Below are positions 18,037-28,228 of a DNA stretch of 64,000 nt, piece after piece; within the stretch, counting starts at the first letter, position 1, and each line of letters opens with the position of its first letter. The position numbers and the translations under genes are program-made. Where the stretch lies: the IMG/VR virus record IMGVR_UViG_3300044957_000763, positions 248,001 to 312,000 of that record; one strand, given 5' to 3'. Below the pieces are notes generated by a model, which was not told the origin of the DNA, searched no databases, and saw only the letters and a list, made by a program, of their open reading frames with translations.

Positions 18037-18646
18037 TCCAGACGCCAATCCTAATTGGCAACATATCGCTATTGTAGGTGGCACATTTGACCCACCTCAT
18101 TGGGGACATTCTACGCTTATCAAAGCTGCACAAGACAGCCTAAAGTGTGACTTAACCGTCATTCGACCATGCAACGGAAACCCACTTAAAACAAAATCAC
18201 ATGGTGACTTCAATCATCGCGTAGAAATGTGCGACATATTGTTTGGCGACATTCCTGGTGTTGAAATTTTTACATTCGAACAAGAACTTTCATATCCAAC
18301 ATACAGCTATGTTACGGTTCAAAGTATGTTCAATAAAAAAAAGTACGGCAATGCGTATTATCATTTCATGGTTGGAGAAGACTGTTTTGAGAGCATTGAA
18401 CAATGGAAAAATCTTAGTGAACTCTTTGCATACGCAAACATTTATGCTGTTGGGCCCAATGTGATTCAGGCATATGAGCGACTTCCTGAGTGGATTCGGC
18501 GCAACATGGGATACGTACAGATGCATTCAGTGGTCGATATCCATTCAACTCAAATTCGCAATCAGGTTTCAAATGGTAAGTATGACGAGCAGTACACATC
18601 TATAAATGTGCTACAATATATCAGAGAGCACAATCTATACAGGTGA
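17990..18646 (+). CDS. nadD: nicotinate/nicotinamide-nucleotide adenylyltransferase
   Basis: GGTFDPPHWGH, GEDC..SIEQWK, IHSTQIR. Confidence 0.9.
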   Translation: MQSLLNVKIIRHPNCSPDANPNWQHIAIVGGTFDPPHWGHSTLIKAAQDSLKCDLTVIRPCNGNPLKTKSHGDFNHRVEMCDILFGDIPGVEIFTFEQELSYPTYSYVTVQSMFNKKKYGNAYYHFMVGEDCFESIEQWKNLSELFAYANIYAVGPNVIQAYERLPEWIRRNMGYVQMHSVVDIHSTQIRNQVSNGKYDEQYTSINVLQYIREHNLYR

Positions 18647-18650
18647 CAAA

Positions 18651-19232
18651 ATGAAAGAATACACAATGAATGACGTCCGCCTTGCGGTCAACATGGCTTT
18701 TGATATGTTTGGAGACAAGATTCGCAAAGGCGATAAAACGCCATACATCGGCCACCTGTTGCGCGTGCTTGGCATTGTTCAAGAGGGTTCAGGTGGATTT
18801 CGCGCCCAGGTCGGTGCGGTGTTGCACGATGTGATTGAAGATATTGACGGTGGCGAAGATGCCATCCGTCAAGCGTTTGGGGAAGACATGGTTAGCCTAG
18901 TGCGCGAGTGCTCTGATACAGATGTTAGACCCAAGCCGGCATGGAAAGAGCGCAAAATTATGCACATTGCTCACATGGAGCATGCCTCTGCCGACGCATT
19001 GCGTATTTTGCTGGCCGACAAGATTGACAATGGCCGCAGTCTTTGCGTATTGGCAAACTATGCCGACCTCAATAGTTTTAATGCCACACCTCACGACCAA
19101 GCATGGTATTTTCACTCGGTTTCGGCCGCAATGTCGGCTTGGTCAGACATTCTTCCTGGGTATCAAGTTGATGAACTATCGGATATTGCAGAAGAATTAG
19201 CCGACCTTGTAGACTACGTTCCAGTAGAGTGA
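18651..19232 (+). CDS. HD-domain (p)ppGpp-hydrolase-like protein (SpoT/Mesh1 type)
   Basis: RKGDKTPYIGHL, AVLHDVIED, LADKIDN. Confidence 0.8.
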   Translation: MKEYTMNDVRLAVNMAFDMFGDKIRKGDKTPYIGHLLRVLGIVQEGSGGFRAQVGAVLHDVIEDIDGGEDAIRQAFGEDMVSLVRECSDTDVRPKPAWKERKIMHIAHMEHASADALRILLADKIDNGRSLCVLANYADLNSFNATPHDQAWYFHSVSAAMSAWSDILPGYQVDELSDIAEELADLVDYVPVE

Positions 19233-19272
19233 TTACCAGTAATTTTACCAGCCAGCAATGCAATGAATGTCA

Positions 19273-19330
19273 TTAAAAATTCCTAATGTTACAAGTGGTT
19301 CACTACCAGTGGCACTAGGAGTTTTTAATG
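19273..19330 (+). promoter_or_regulatory. hairpin sequestering the SD and start of the downstream gene
   Basis: 19273-19292 pairs with 19309-19328 (one mismatch, three G-U pairs), covering AGGAG and the A of ATG. Confidence 0.55.
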
Positions 19331-20929
19331 GCAATTTCAACATATCGCAAGCGGTTTCCGCTTCCTGAAGTCAAGTATCTCAATGGTCTTGGCTTCAATC
19401 TTCATTGGGACAACGGTGGTTTGCCAGGAGAACTGGCCGCAATTCGCGCAACAGGCGCAAGATGGGTTAGAACCGACCTGCTTTGGAACGCTGTTGAATT
19501 CAATGGCTCTTACAACTTTTCTCGATGGGATAAGCACTTTGCAGGTCTAAAAGAAAACGGATTGCGCTCGGTTAATATTCTTTGTTACAATCACCCAGAC
19601 TACATGAGTCCAGAACAAAAATCGCAAATGGTAAACGCATGGGATACCAGTTTTGGTCTCTATGGTGACCAACAGATAGCCGGGTTCTTGGCCTACGTCG
19701 AAGCCACGGTCAAGCGATATGCCGGCCAAGGTCATATTTGGGAGTTTTGGAACGAACCCAATGTCGGTCATTTTTGGAAACCAGCAATTGACCCTGCACA
19801 ATTTATGCATGTCTTCTCACAAGTTGCTAAACTTATCAGAGATATTGCGCCAGATGAATATATTGCTATTGATGCTAGTCATATTAATGGTGATTCTCCA
19901 TCAGGTATGTTTCTGGAAAACTGCATAAAGCTCGGATTGCTAGACTTGATTGATGTGTGGTTCATACACCCGTACACTACCATTTGGAATACAGGTTCTG
20001 TATTGAACGCCGAGGCCGCAGGTGCCCAATATACATGGGCCAAGAAATTGATTGCAAAATACATACCAAAGGGCAGGTATATTCGCGTGTTTCAGGGTGA
20101 ATGTGGGATAACTGAAACGGACTGTGATTTTTACGAGCCGTCTCCATTTACTACCACAAACACAACATCCACCGGCGGCACAAAGACTGATTCTGCAACT
20201 GACTCTGCAGACGCCGCGGCTCTTCCGACACGAAGTGAAAACCTATTAGGAGAACTGTCGACCAACTTTAATAATCCGCTATGGAGAGGGTATTGGCTCA
20301 AGCCTAATATGGTTACCGGAGTTCTAGACCCGCTTGGCAAGAATAATGCTGTTCGTTTGCTTAGTGCTGATAGAGATGCCGACCCAGGCAGGAATGTGTC
20401 AGGATTGATTGCTGGCTCAAATACTATCGTAGGAAGCACGACCAACCCTCAATATTATGTTGTTAGTTATTACGCCAGAGCTACTAAGGACAATTTGTTT
20501 GTATTCTTTGGATTATCAGACAAATACATTGCATACCATCTTTTGGATGATAAATGGAGACGATATTACATCACTTTCAAGGTTACATCAAATGAAACTC
20601 GGGCATTTCAGGTGTATGAACGATTCCCCAACAATGTTGATTGGGAAATTGCTTATCCTATGGTTGAGAGAATTGACAATCCAGAACCCAACACACAAGA
20701 GAGAAGACAAGCACTTCAAGCAGAGTATGCGAAGAAACAATGGCAAGTTGCTCTTAAAAACGGAGTGGCAATGAACATATGGTACAATTGGATGGACGAC
20801 GGGTCAAACGCCCTGGGCTATTACGACAATTTTGGAGTTGTAGAAGAGGATAGGTTAACCAAAAAACCAGCGTATCATGCGTTACAACAAGCATACTTTG
20901 ATTGGCGAACCAACGGTATTCCTAAATAG
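19328..20929 (+). CDS. GH39/GH5-like glycoside hydrolase with an inserted beta-rich domain
   Basis: WVRTDLLW, WEFWNEPN, HPY, QGECG, C-terminal WYNWMDD...KKPAY. Confidence 0.75.
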   Translation: MAISTYRKRFPLPEVKYLNGLGFNLHWDNGGLPGELAAIRATGARWVRTDLLWNAVEFNGSYNFSRWDKHFAGLKENGLRSVNILCYNHPDYMSPEQKSQMVNAWDTSFGLYGDQQIAGFLAYVEATVKRYAGQGHIWEFWNEPNVGHFWKPAIDPAQFMHVFSQVAKLIRDIAPDEYIAIDASHINGDSPSGMFLENCIKLGLLDLIDVWFIHPYTTIWNTGSVLNAEAAGAQYTWAKKLIAKYIPKGRYIRVFQGECGITETDCDFYEPSPFTTTNTTSTGGTKTDSATDSADAAALPTRSENLLGELSTNFNNPLWRGYWLKPNMVTGVLDPLGKNNAVRLLSADRDADPGRNVSGLIAGSNTIVGSTTNPQYYVVSYYARATKDNLFVFFGLSDKYIAYHLLDDKWRRYYITFKVTSNETRAFQVYERFPNNVDWEIAYPMVERIDNPEPNTQERRQALQAEYAKKQWQVALKNGVAMNIWYNWMDDGSNALGYYDNFGVVEEDRLTKKPAYHALQQAYFDWRTNGIPK

Positions 20930-21177
20930 AACCTATCGCACGCCGGCGCATCTATGCGGGCTGATGAGATATATTCAAGTTGGAGATGTCGCATCAGCCC
21001 GCTCTGCTGTTGAGGCAACTGGCGCATTAGTAATTTCTGATGGCCGACTCGATTCTACGTTTGCCGTCTATGTAATTGACCCTCGATATGAAGCGATTAT
21101 GAATGCGCTGAAGAAATAATAGACTTGTCTATTGTTCTATGGTGTAATTCTGGTTTTACTTTGTGATATACTAGAAT

Positions 21178-21621
21178 ATGGCTACTTTACAAAGAGCAAT
21201 TGAACTGACCGTATTGTTGCACTCAAAACAAGTGGACAAATCCGGTCAGCCATATATACTTCACCCAATGCGCATTATGCTCAGGTGTTCAACAGCAGAA
21301 GAACGCCAGGCGGCTATAATGCACGACCTTATAGAAGACACTAATCTTACGATTGAAGAACTCGCCAAAGAGGGTTTTTGTCAATCCGTGATTGATTGCG
21401 TAAACTGTCTTACGCGCCGTGATGGTGAAACCTACGCAGATTTCATTGAACGATGCTGCGAGAACTCAATGGCAATCAAAATCAAGTTGTTGGACATTGC
21501 GGACAATATGGATGTCACACGGCTTGATACACTGGGAGAGAGCGACCTTGGTCGACTCAAGCGGTATCATCGAGCGAGAAAGCGATTACTTGAAGCACAA
21601 GGTGCGATAAGTATAGTATGA
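21178..21621 (+). CDS. small HD-domain protein (SpoT-like)
   Basis: GQPYILHP, MHDLIED, DIADNMDVTRL. Confidence 0.8.
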   Translation: MATLQRAIELTVLLHSKQVDKSGQPYILHPMRIMLRCSTAEERQAAIMHDLIEDTNLTIEELAKEGFCQSVIDCVNCLTRRDGETYADFIERCCENSMAIKIKLLDIADNMDVTRLDTLGESDLGRLKRYHRARKRLLEAQGAISIV

Positions 21622-21920
21622 GCGAAAACACAAACCCTCGACAACTTGTTTATGACGCTATCGACCGTGAGCGAGATTACCAAGATATGGTATGGGGTCG
21701 CGGCCATGATGAAGCACACGACCTTCCAGCATGGTTGTTAATCATGCGACATCTACTCGCTGAGGCCGAGACAGCATGGTTGAATGGCGGACCTGGAGAA
21801 AGCCAAAGAAAAATTCTTCAGACCGTCGCTACAGGTGTTGCTGCCATTGAAGTCTGCGGACTTTACGAACGTAATTACACGTCAAGCAGAAAGAGAAACG
21901 ACAACGTTCGCTACGGGTAA
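21618..21920 (+). CDS. MazG-like all-alpha NTP pyrophosphohydrolase
   Basis: ERDYQDMVWG...QTVATGVAAIE pattern. Confidence 0.5.
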   Translation: MSENTNPRQLVYDAIDRERDYQDMVWGRGHDEAHDLPAWLLIMRHLLAEAETAWLNGGPGESQRKILQTVATGVAAIEVCGLYERNYTSSRKRNDNVRYG

Positions 21921-22331
21921 TAGACATACCAGATGGAAAAATTGGTCTAGGGTTACATAGACCACAAATCCCGCAGGCGTATTGAATCGTTCTTTGAATT
22001 TTTCAATAGTTTGCGCGTGTGGGTCTTTGGTTAATTTTCTATACCAAAAAAGTGGCTTGTAGCTGTCAATAATGAAATGGCTGAAATAAATCCATGTTAT
22101 CAACAGTCCAAAAGTAACCCAATGTTCGCTCCATGCTTGTGGTGTTCCCCTCCAAAATAACATAAGCAAACCCACGCACAGTGTGTAAATAGCGCAATGT
22201 TTTGAGCGAACAACAGGGTCTTTCGTTTTGTTTTCTGCCATTGTTTGTGTTTGGAACAACCAGTCTCCTGTCATATGGCCTATTCCAAATAGAACAATGA
22301 GCGCACCGCCAATTGATTCGAGATTTGTCAT
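21882..22331 (-). CDS. DUF3307-like membrane protein
   Basis: HMTGDWLFQT, HCAIY, SHFIID, DQFFH. Confidence 0.8.
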   Translation of the reverse strand: MTNLESIGGALIVLFGIGHMTGDWLFQTQTMAENKTKDPVVRSKHCAIYTLCVGLLMLFWRGTPQAWSEHWVTFGLLITWIYFSHFIIDSYKPLFWYRKLTKDPHAQTIEKFKERFNTPAGFVVYVTLDQFFHLVCLLPVANVVVSLSA

Positions 22332-22459
22332 AATCCACCTCTTACTCCCATTATAACAAATTTCACCAAGGGGTTGACAAATCGCTCAAAAACATGCAAT
22401 CATACAAATCGTATTTCGTTTGTGGTATCATATCCACGTCGAAAGACATAGGAGAAACA

Positions 22460-24277
22460 ATGAATTCGAAGTTAACGCCTTTGGGCAAAATTACAATCTT
22501 GGTCGTTGTCACCACGGTTGCCTTCCTTGGATGGCGCATGTTTGGAGACAAGGTTAAATCAATGCTTGGTGGTGAAACAACCGCTTCGGTTGTGCCTAAG
22601 CAGGTCAATCTTCCTGCATTGACTGTATCGGCAGGTGAAGGCACCAACCTTCAACTCAACACGATTACAGAAACCCCATCTGCGAATGGTGGTACGTCTA
22701 TGCGTATGCTTTTGTGGGCATGGAATGCTCAGTCTGGTCTGATGCTTGCCAATGGTGGCGCAAAAACCACTCAGGGTTCGCTTATGGAACAGTTGGGAGT
22801 TAACTTACAGTTGACTCGCCAAGATGACCCGAGCAAGATGCAAGAAGCACTTATTGCATTCGCACAAGAACTCAAGAATGGCAATCCTCAGCCAAAATCT
22901 GGTGCGCACTATGTTGCCATCATGGGCGATGGTGCGGCCGCTTTCTTGAAGCCTGTCAATGACCAGTTGCGCAAACTCGGACCTGAATATACCGCCAAGG
23001 TTATCGGTTCAGCCGGTTATTCCCGTGGTGAAGATAAGTTCATGGGACCCGCAGAGTGGAAGAACAATCCAAATCTTGCAAAGGGCGGTGTTGTTGCTGG
23101 ATATCTGCGTGACGGAGACTGGAATATTGCTTTGAAGTGGCTTGGTGACAACAACATCAAGAACAACCCTGATGAGCGAACCTGGGACCCGGATGCACTG
23201 AACTGGGTTGCAGCCAATGACTACATTGACGCATCTGAAAAGTATATCGCCGGATACAACGAAGACCGCCCTGTGGTTCGCAACGGCAAGCGCACTGGTG
23301 AAACCAAGCGCATTACTGTTCAGGGTGTTGTAACGTGGACTCCCGGTGACGTTATTGTTGCCGAAAAGAAAGGTGGACTTGTTTCCATCGTGTCCACTCG
23401 AGAGTATTCCGCTCAGATGCCTAACACAATCATCGGCATCGACAAGTGGATGAAAGACAACCGAAAGGATGTCGAGAACATGTTGTCCGGTGTCTTTGCT
23501 GGCGGTGACGCTATTAAGTCGTCAGATGAGGCCTTGAAGAAGGCTTCGCAGATTAGCGCAAGCGTGTACAACGAGTCCGGTGCGGACGCCAATTACTGGT
23601 ATATGTACTTCAAGGGCACTACTAAGCGAGATGCAAAGGGTCTAATGGTTGAACTTGGTGGTTCGTCTGTCAACAACCTTGCAGACAATATGTTGCTGTA
23701 TGGCATGGTGCCTGGTTCTCAGAACCTGTTCGCCGCAACATACACAACTTTTGGAGATGTTGTTGTTCAGCAGTATCCCAACCTCGTGCCTTCGTATGAC
23801 CCAGTAAGTAGCATTCTTGATACTTCTTATATCAAGAATCTATCTGGTCGGTCTAACCAAACGTTGCGTAACGCTCAGATTGCCCAGGCTTCACCCAAGT
23901 ATGACCCGTCTGGCACAATTCAGCCAATTGGTTCAAAAAATAGCTGGCGGGCTTTCTTTGCTCCTGGTCAGACAGACATTCCTGCAAATGGTTCTAAGAC
24001 ACTGCGAACAATGTTGAATGACTTGTTGGTTGCTGGCAATGCCTATGTTGAAATTCATGGTCATGCTGACGGTGCCTCTGAGCGAGGTAAGTCTGATTCA
24101 TTGTCTGAGTCTCGTGCCTTCGCTATCAAGCGCTGGTTGGAAACACAGGCACCTGTGAACTTCCCGGCCGGTCGAATCCGTGTTGTATCGCACGGCAATT
24201 CGAATCCGTTGGAACCAAACACCGCTCGTGGTAGCGTTTGGAACCGACGTATCGAGGTTGTGATTGGCGTTCGATAA
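22460..24277 (+). CDS. ABC substrate-binding (NMT1/SsuA-like) protein with C-terminal OmpA domain
   Basis: SD AGGAGA; N-terminal TM helix; C-terminal IHGHAD..LSESRA...NRRIEV. Confidence 0.85.
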   Translation: MNSKLTPLGKITILVVVTTVAFLGWRMFGDKVKSMLGGETTASVVPKQVNLPALTVSAGEGTNLQLNTITETPSANGGTSMRMLLWAWNAQSGLMLANGGAKTTQGSLMEQLGVNLQLTRQDDPSKMQEALIAFAQELKNGNPQPKSGAHYVAIMGDGAAAFLKPVNDQLRKLGPEYTAKVIGSAGYSRGEDKFMGPAEWKNNPNLAKGGVVAGYLRDGDWNIALKWLGDNNIKNNPDERTWDPDALNWVAANDYIDASEKYIAGYNEDRPVVRNGKRTGETKRITVQGVVTWTPGDVIVAEKKGGLVSIVSTREYSAQMPNTIIGIDKWMKDNRKDVENMLSGVFAGGDAIKSSDEALKKASQISASVYNESGADANYWYMYFKGTTKRDAKGLMVELGGSSVNNLADNMLLYGMVPGSQNLFAATYTTFGDVVVQQYPNLVPSYDPVSSILDTSYIKNLSGRSNQTLRNAQIAQASPKYDPSGTIQPIGSKNSWRAFFAPGQTDIPANGSKTLRTMLNDLLVAGNAYVEIHGHADGASERGKSDSLSESRAFAIKRWLETQAPVNFPAGRIRVVSHGNSNPLEPNTARGSVWNRRIEVVIGVR

Positions 24278-24289
24278 GGTAACACGCAT

Positions 24290-25123
24290 ATGTCCACAGT
24301 AGTTGCTTCTCAATCCCCCAAGCCCCGCAAGGACTTGGGGGACATTCTCTCGGCGTTTGCACCAAACCACGTGCTATCTGCCTCTACAATGAAAATCATT
24401 GTATTGTTGCAAGTTATTGCGTGTTTGGTAGTGTGGATTAACTCACCATTCACAGTTCTACCAAAGCCAATGGAAGTGTGGCATGCACTGATTGAGTTGT
24501 TTACAAACCAGGGCATGGGTGGAGAAATCATTACAAGCATGGAGTTGAACATCAAAGCTATGCTGTTTACATGTGTGTTAGCACTTGGGCTCGCATACCT
24601 TACGGTGATGCCATTCTTTCGTCCTATAGTAACCGCAATGTCCAAAGGGCGATTTCTTAGCTTGGTTGGATTCACCTTTGTTTTTACATTGATGGTTGGT
24701 GGTGGTCACCCGCTTAAAATGTCATTATTGGTGTTTGGTATGACTGTGTTCTTCCTTACATCAATGGCTTCTGTAGTTGCTGAAATACCCAGAGAGGCTT
24801 TTGACCACGCAAGGACTCTTAGAATGAGTGAGTGGCGCACCGTATGGGAAGTCGTGATTCTAGGAACTGCCGATAAGGCACTTGAAGTATTACGACAAAA
24901 CGCCGCTATTGGATGGATGATGCTTACAATGGTAGAAGGCATCTCTCGTTCAGAAGGCGGAATAGGTGCCATGTTGTTGAATCAACAAAAGCATTTTCGC
25001 ATTGCAGAAGTGTTTGCGATTCAGCTTACAATTTTGATGGTTGGATTGTGCCAAGACTATGTGCTTGGTCTCATTAGACGTATTGTATGTCCGTATGCAT
25101 ATTTGACATTGGAGAGAAAATGA
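24290..25123 (+). CDS. ABC transporter permease
   Basis: multi-TM; EAFDHARTL EAA-like loop. Confidence 0.85.
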   Translation: MSTVVASQSPKPRKDLGDILSAFAPNHVLSASTMKIIVLLQVIACLVVWINSPFTVLPKPMEVWHALIELFTNQGMGGEIITSMELNIKAMLFTCVLALGLAYLTVMPFFRPIVTAMSKGRFLSLVGFTFVFTLMVGGGHPLKMSLLVFGMTVFFLTSMASVVAEIPREAFDHARTLRMSEWRTVWEVVILGTADKALEVLRQNAAIGWMMLTMVEGISRSEGGIGAMLLNQQKHFRIAEVFAIQLTILMVGLCQDYVLGLIRRIVCPYAYLTLERK

Positions 25124-25923
25124 ACTACTCTTATGAATTTACAGATACATTATTGTCTGTCCAAGGTGTCAACTTAAGCCTTGGTGGCAAAGAAATCCTG
25201 CGAGATGTCAACCTTGAAATCAAAGACATCCGTCGCCCTGACACCAAGCAAGGGCAAGTTGTTGGTCTGCTCGGCCCTTCTGGTATTGGAAAAACCCAGT
25301 TGTTCCGAATTATCTCTGGACTCAACAAACCAGATAGTGGTCGTGTACTGGTTGGCTTAGAACAAAAACCCGTGAACAAGGGTGATGTCGGAGTTGTAGC
25401 CCAAAACTATCCGCTGTTTCAGCACCGCACTGTGTATAGCAACGTGTTGGTTGCATCTGGTGGCAATGTTGAAAAGACAAGTGCACTACTGGAGCAATTT
25501 GGGATATCTGAACACGCAACAAAATATCCAGCACAACTTTCAGGCGGCCAAAGGCAACGCGCAGCTATTGCACAGCAATTTGCCTGTAGTGAACACTTGC
25601 TTTTGATGGATGAGCCATTTTCTGGTCTAGACTGCATTGCACTTAGACGGGTGAGCGAATTCATCAATAAGATTGCTTCTAGTAATGAGTTGGCAACAAT
25701 TATCATCGTTACACACGACGTTTCGGCAGCACTTACGGTTTGCGACACGATTGTGTTGTTGGGCAGAGACCGAAACGAAGATGGCGAAATCATTCCTGGT
25801 GCCAAGGTTCAGTCAGTCTATAACCTCATTGATGCCGGTCTCGCATGGAGAGAAGGGATTGAAAACAGTCCTCAATTTTTCACCATGCTCAACGAAGTTC
25901 GCGACAAATTTGCTACACTATAA
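25120..25923 (+). CDS. ABC transporter ATP-binding protein
   Basis: GPSGIGKT, LSGGQRQR, LLMDEPFS, VTHD; ATGA overlap with the permease. Confidence 0.95.
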   Translation: MNYSYEFTDTLLSVQGVNLSLGGKEILRDVNLEIKDIRRPDTKQGQVVGLLGPSGIGKTQLFRIISGLNKPDSGRVLVGLEQKPVNKGDVGVVAQNYPLFQHRTVYSNVLVASGGNVEKTSALLEQFGISEHATKYPAQLSGGQRQRAAIAQQFACSEHLLLMDEPFSGLDCIALRRVSEFINKIASSNELATIIIVTHDVSAALTVCDTIVLLGRDRNEDGEIIPGAKVQSVYNLIDAGLAWREGIENSPQFFTMLNEVRDKFATL

Positions 25924-25925
25924 TC

Positions 25926-26390
25926 ATGGACATCAGAAGTGGTTGTGGATACCCAGGTGCGTCTCTGAGCAATTTTGCGCCTCACAAGTTCATCATTGAT
26001 GATGTTGAGTGCAACAGCATGGAGGGCTTTTTGCAAAGTTTGAAATTCAAAAACCCAGACATGCAATTGGTTATATGTCTGTTGGTTGGCAAAAGTGCAA
26101 AGTTTGCCGGCAAGAAAAAGAAGTGGTGGAGTGACCAAAAGCTATATTGGCGCGGCAAAGAAATCATGCGTGATTCATCAGAGTATCAAGAACTCCTCGA
26201 CCGGGCGTATAACGCTCTGTGTGAACAAAGCGAGAAATTTAGGCTTGCTTTATTGGCCACAGGAAATGCTACAATAGAACACAGCATGGGCAAAACTGAC
26301 AAAGCACAAACCGTGCTGACACGACAAGAGTTCTGTTCTAGGCTGACAAAACTACGCACAGAACTACAAAAAGAGAATCATGAGGCTTAA
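25926..26390 (+). CDS. NADAR-family (T4 gp30.3-like) protein
   Basis: LSNFAPH..SMEGFLQSLKF...ALLATG..HS.G pattern. Confidence 0.7.
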   Translation: MDIRSGCGYPGASLSNFAPHKFIIDDVECNSMEGFLQSLKFKNPDMQLVICLLVGKSAKFAGKKKKWWSDQKLYWRGKEIMRDSSEYQELLDRAYNALCEQSEKFRLALLATGNATIEHSMGKTDKAQTVLTRQEFCSRLTKLRTELQKENHEA

Positions 26391-27267
26391 TCAATATATT
26401 GAAGCATTTAAGGAACCTGGAAATCTTCTGGCACTAGCAAGTTTTGCCATGTTATCTACTGCCACATGGGACCCAAGGGTATTATGTGTTGGTGCGGTGG
26501 TTGAGGCGTTGTATTTGCTAGTATTTGCAGACAGCAAAATTTACCACAAGAAACTAAGGGACAAAGAAAACAAGCTCAAAGAAGAAGTGTTCCGCAGAGA
26601 GTTTGAAGAACTGCGTCAAAAAGCCATTGGTGAAGTGTCAAAACCTATAGCAGAGCGATTTCAAACTCTTGAGCATATTAGAAATCAAGTTGAACAGGCT
26701 TCGGTTGACAAGGAAACTTGGTATCTTGATGTTGTGCGCAAGCTAGACCAAATGTTGATGGCGTTCTTAAATTTTGGCCTCAAGGAGTCGCAGTTTAGAA
26801 ACCACTTACATAATGCAATGCGCACGCTTGCAACACAGAAAAAGCGCAACGTCGGCAAGGTAGGAGCGTGTCCTGATGATGCGACACTTGAAGAGGTCGA
26901 ACAATGGACTAGAGACGTCGCTGAACACATCACACAATCGTACAGTGATGAGATTGCCGATGTTGAAAACAAAATAAATCAAACACAGGCCGCAGACCCA
27001 AACTTGCCGATTCTTCAAAAACGCGCTGAGTTGATTAAGCGACGCAGTGAGTATGCAGGCAAAGTAGGTAGAATGCTAGTGAGTATGCATCACCAAATGC
27101 GCTTGCTTGAAGACACATTTGGTCTTATCTCTGACGAGGCTCAGAGCAGACCGCCACAACAAGTGCTGACAGACATTGAAGAAGCAGTGTTCCAAAGCAC
27201 ATTGTTGACCAACGCAATTGATGAATTCGCCTCTTCTAACGAACAGGTGTTAACCGTAGGAGCATAA
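26380..27267 (+). CDS. membrane-anchored coiled-coil protein
   Basis: two N-terminal hydrophobic segments, then a long helical region. Confidence 0.7.
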   Translation: MRLNQYIEAFKEPGNLLALASFAMLSTATWDPRVLCVGAVVEALYLLVFADSKIYHKKLRDKENKLKEEVFRREFEELRQKAIGEVSKPIAERFQTLEHIRNQVEQASVDKETWYLDVVRKLDQMLMAFLNFGLKESQFRNHLHNAMRTLATQKKRNVGKVGACPDDATLEEVEQWTRDVAEHITQSYSDEIADVENKINQTQAADPNLPILQKRAELIKRRSEYAGKVGRMLVSMHHQMRLLEDTFGLISDEAQSRPPQQVLTDIEEAVFQSTLLTNAIDEFASSNEQVLTVGA

Positions 27268-27271
27268 CATA

Positions 27272-28027
27272 ATGAGTGATATTCTAAAGAAAGTCAAAGG
27301 GTTGTTTGTCGAAGGTGGCGATAGCCAAAGCACAGATATGCCCAGTGAATCTGCCGGCAACATTGGTGGCGATGACGCATGGAAGCAATGGGAAAACATT
27401 GCAAAAGGGGAGGCGAGTCGCACCCCAATGCCTCTAGCAGAAGCCATTGCGCGACAACCAGGACCAGATATAGACTCTGTGTCTGTCACACTACCACCAC
27501 CTGCGGCCAAGCCGGCTGATGAGTTTGTCATGCCAAAGAAGCGCGAAGACGGTAGCTGGGACTTCTCGCCAATTTATGCACACTCCAATTTACAACCGCC
27601 GGCATTCACTGCAGAGCAGGCCAGAGACATTATCTCGTCTTTGCCCACATCTCTTCCCCTTGAGGTACGCAGGGAAACGGTGAGCAAGACAATTGGTGCC
27701 ATTGGCAAAACACTTGGTATTACACCAGATGTTATTGCGTCTGATGCCGCATTGAAGATTGTGGCTGTTGAAGACTTTCGCGGCAAAATGAATCAGCGAT
27801 TTGGCGAGTATGAAGTTAAGGCACAACAGGCCATTTCTGAATACGAGAAAAAGATTGCTGAAACAAAGCTAAGTATTGAGTCGGCAAAAGCTAGGTCAGC
27901 AGAAGTCATGAGCGCATGCGATACAGAGATTGATAGACTCGATGATGTCACTGAGTTCTTTACACTTGACACCGGTTCTAGCAAACATGTCGCATCTGCC
28001 TCAAAACCAGAGAAAGTGGGTGTATAA
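27272..28027 (+). CDS. coiled-coil hypothetical protein
   Basis: N-terminal MSDILKKVKGLFVE amphipathic helix, Pro-rich linker, C-terminal coiled coil. Confidence 0.7.
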   Translation: MSDILKKVKGLFVEGGDSQSTDMPSESAGNIGGDDAWKQWENIAKGEASRTPMPLAEAIARQPGPDIDSVSVTLPPPAAKPADEFVMPKKREDGSWDFSPIYAHSNLQPPAFTAEQARDIISSLPTSLPLEVRRETVSKTIGAIGKTLGITPDVIASDAALKIVAVEDFRGKMNQRFGEYEVKAQQAISEYEKKIAETKLSIESAKARSAEVMSACDTEIDRLDDVTEFFTLDTGSSKHVASASKPEKVGV

Positions 28028-28228
28028 CCAAATCAGGAGGCAATCTACACATGATGCACTTGATGAAAAATAGCACTTTACAGACTCGTTTACCACATGG
28101 CCCCAGACACTCAAGACACTCCATTCAACAATTGTTGAACTGATTGTTGCATCTCGAAATAGTTGCCAATGCCCTCAATTTGGCACCCGACGAGTCTGCA
28201 GCAAGCCGCGAGGGTGTAGTTGCCCGTC

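Noticed and set aside
28030-28228. Possible ncRNA or tRNA after the ABC cluster
   Set aside because: No T-loop or cloverleaf; only short ORFs before the terminator.
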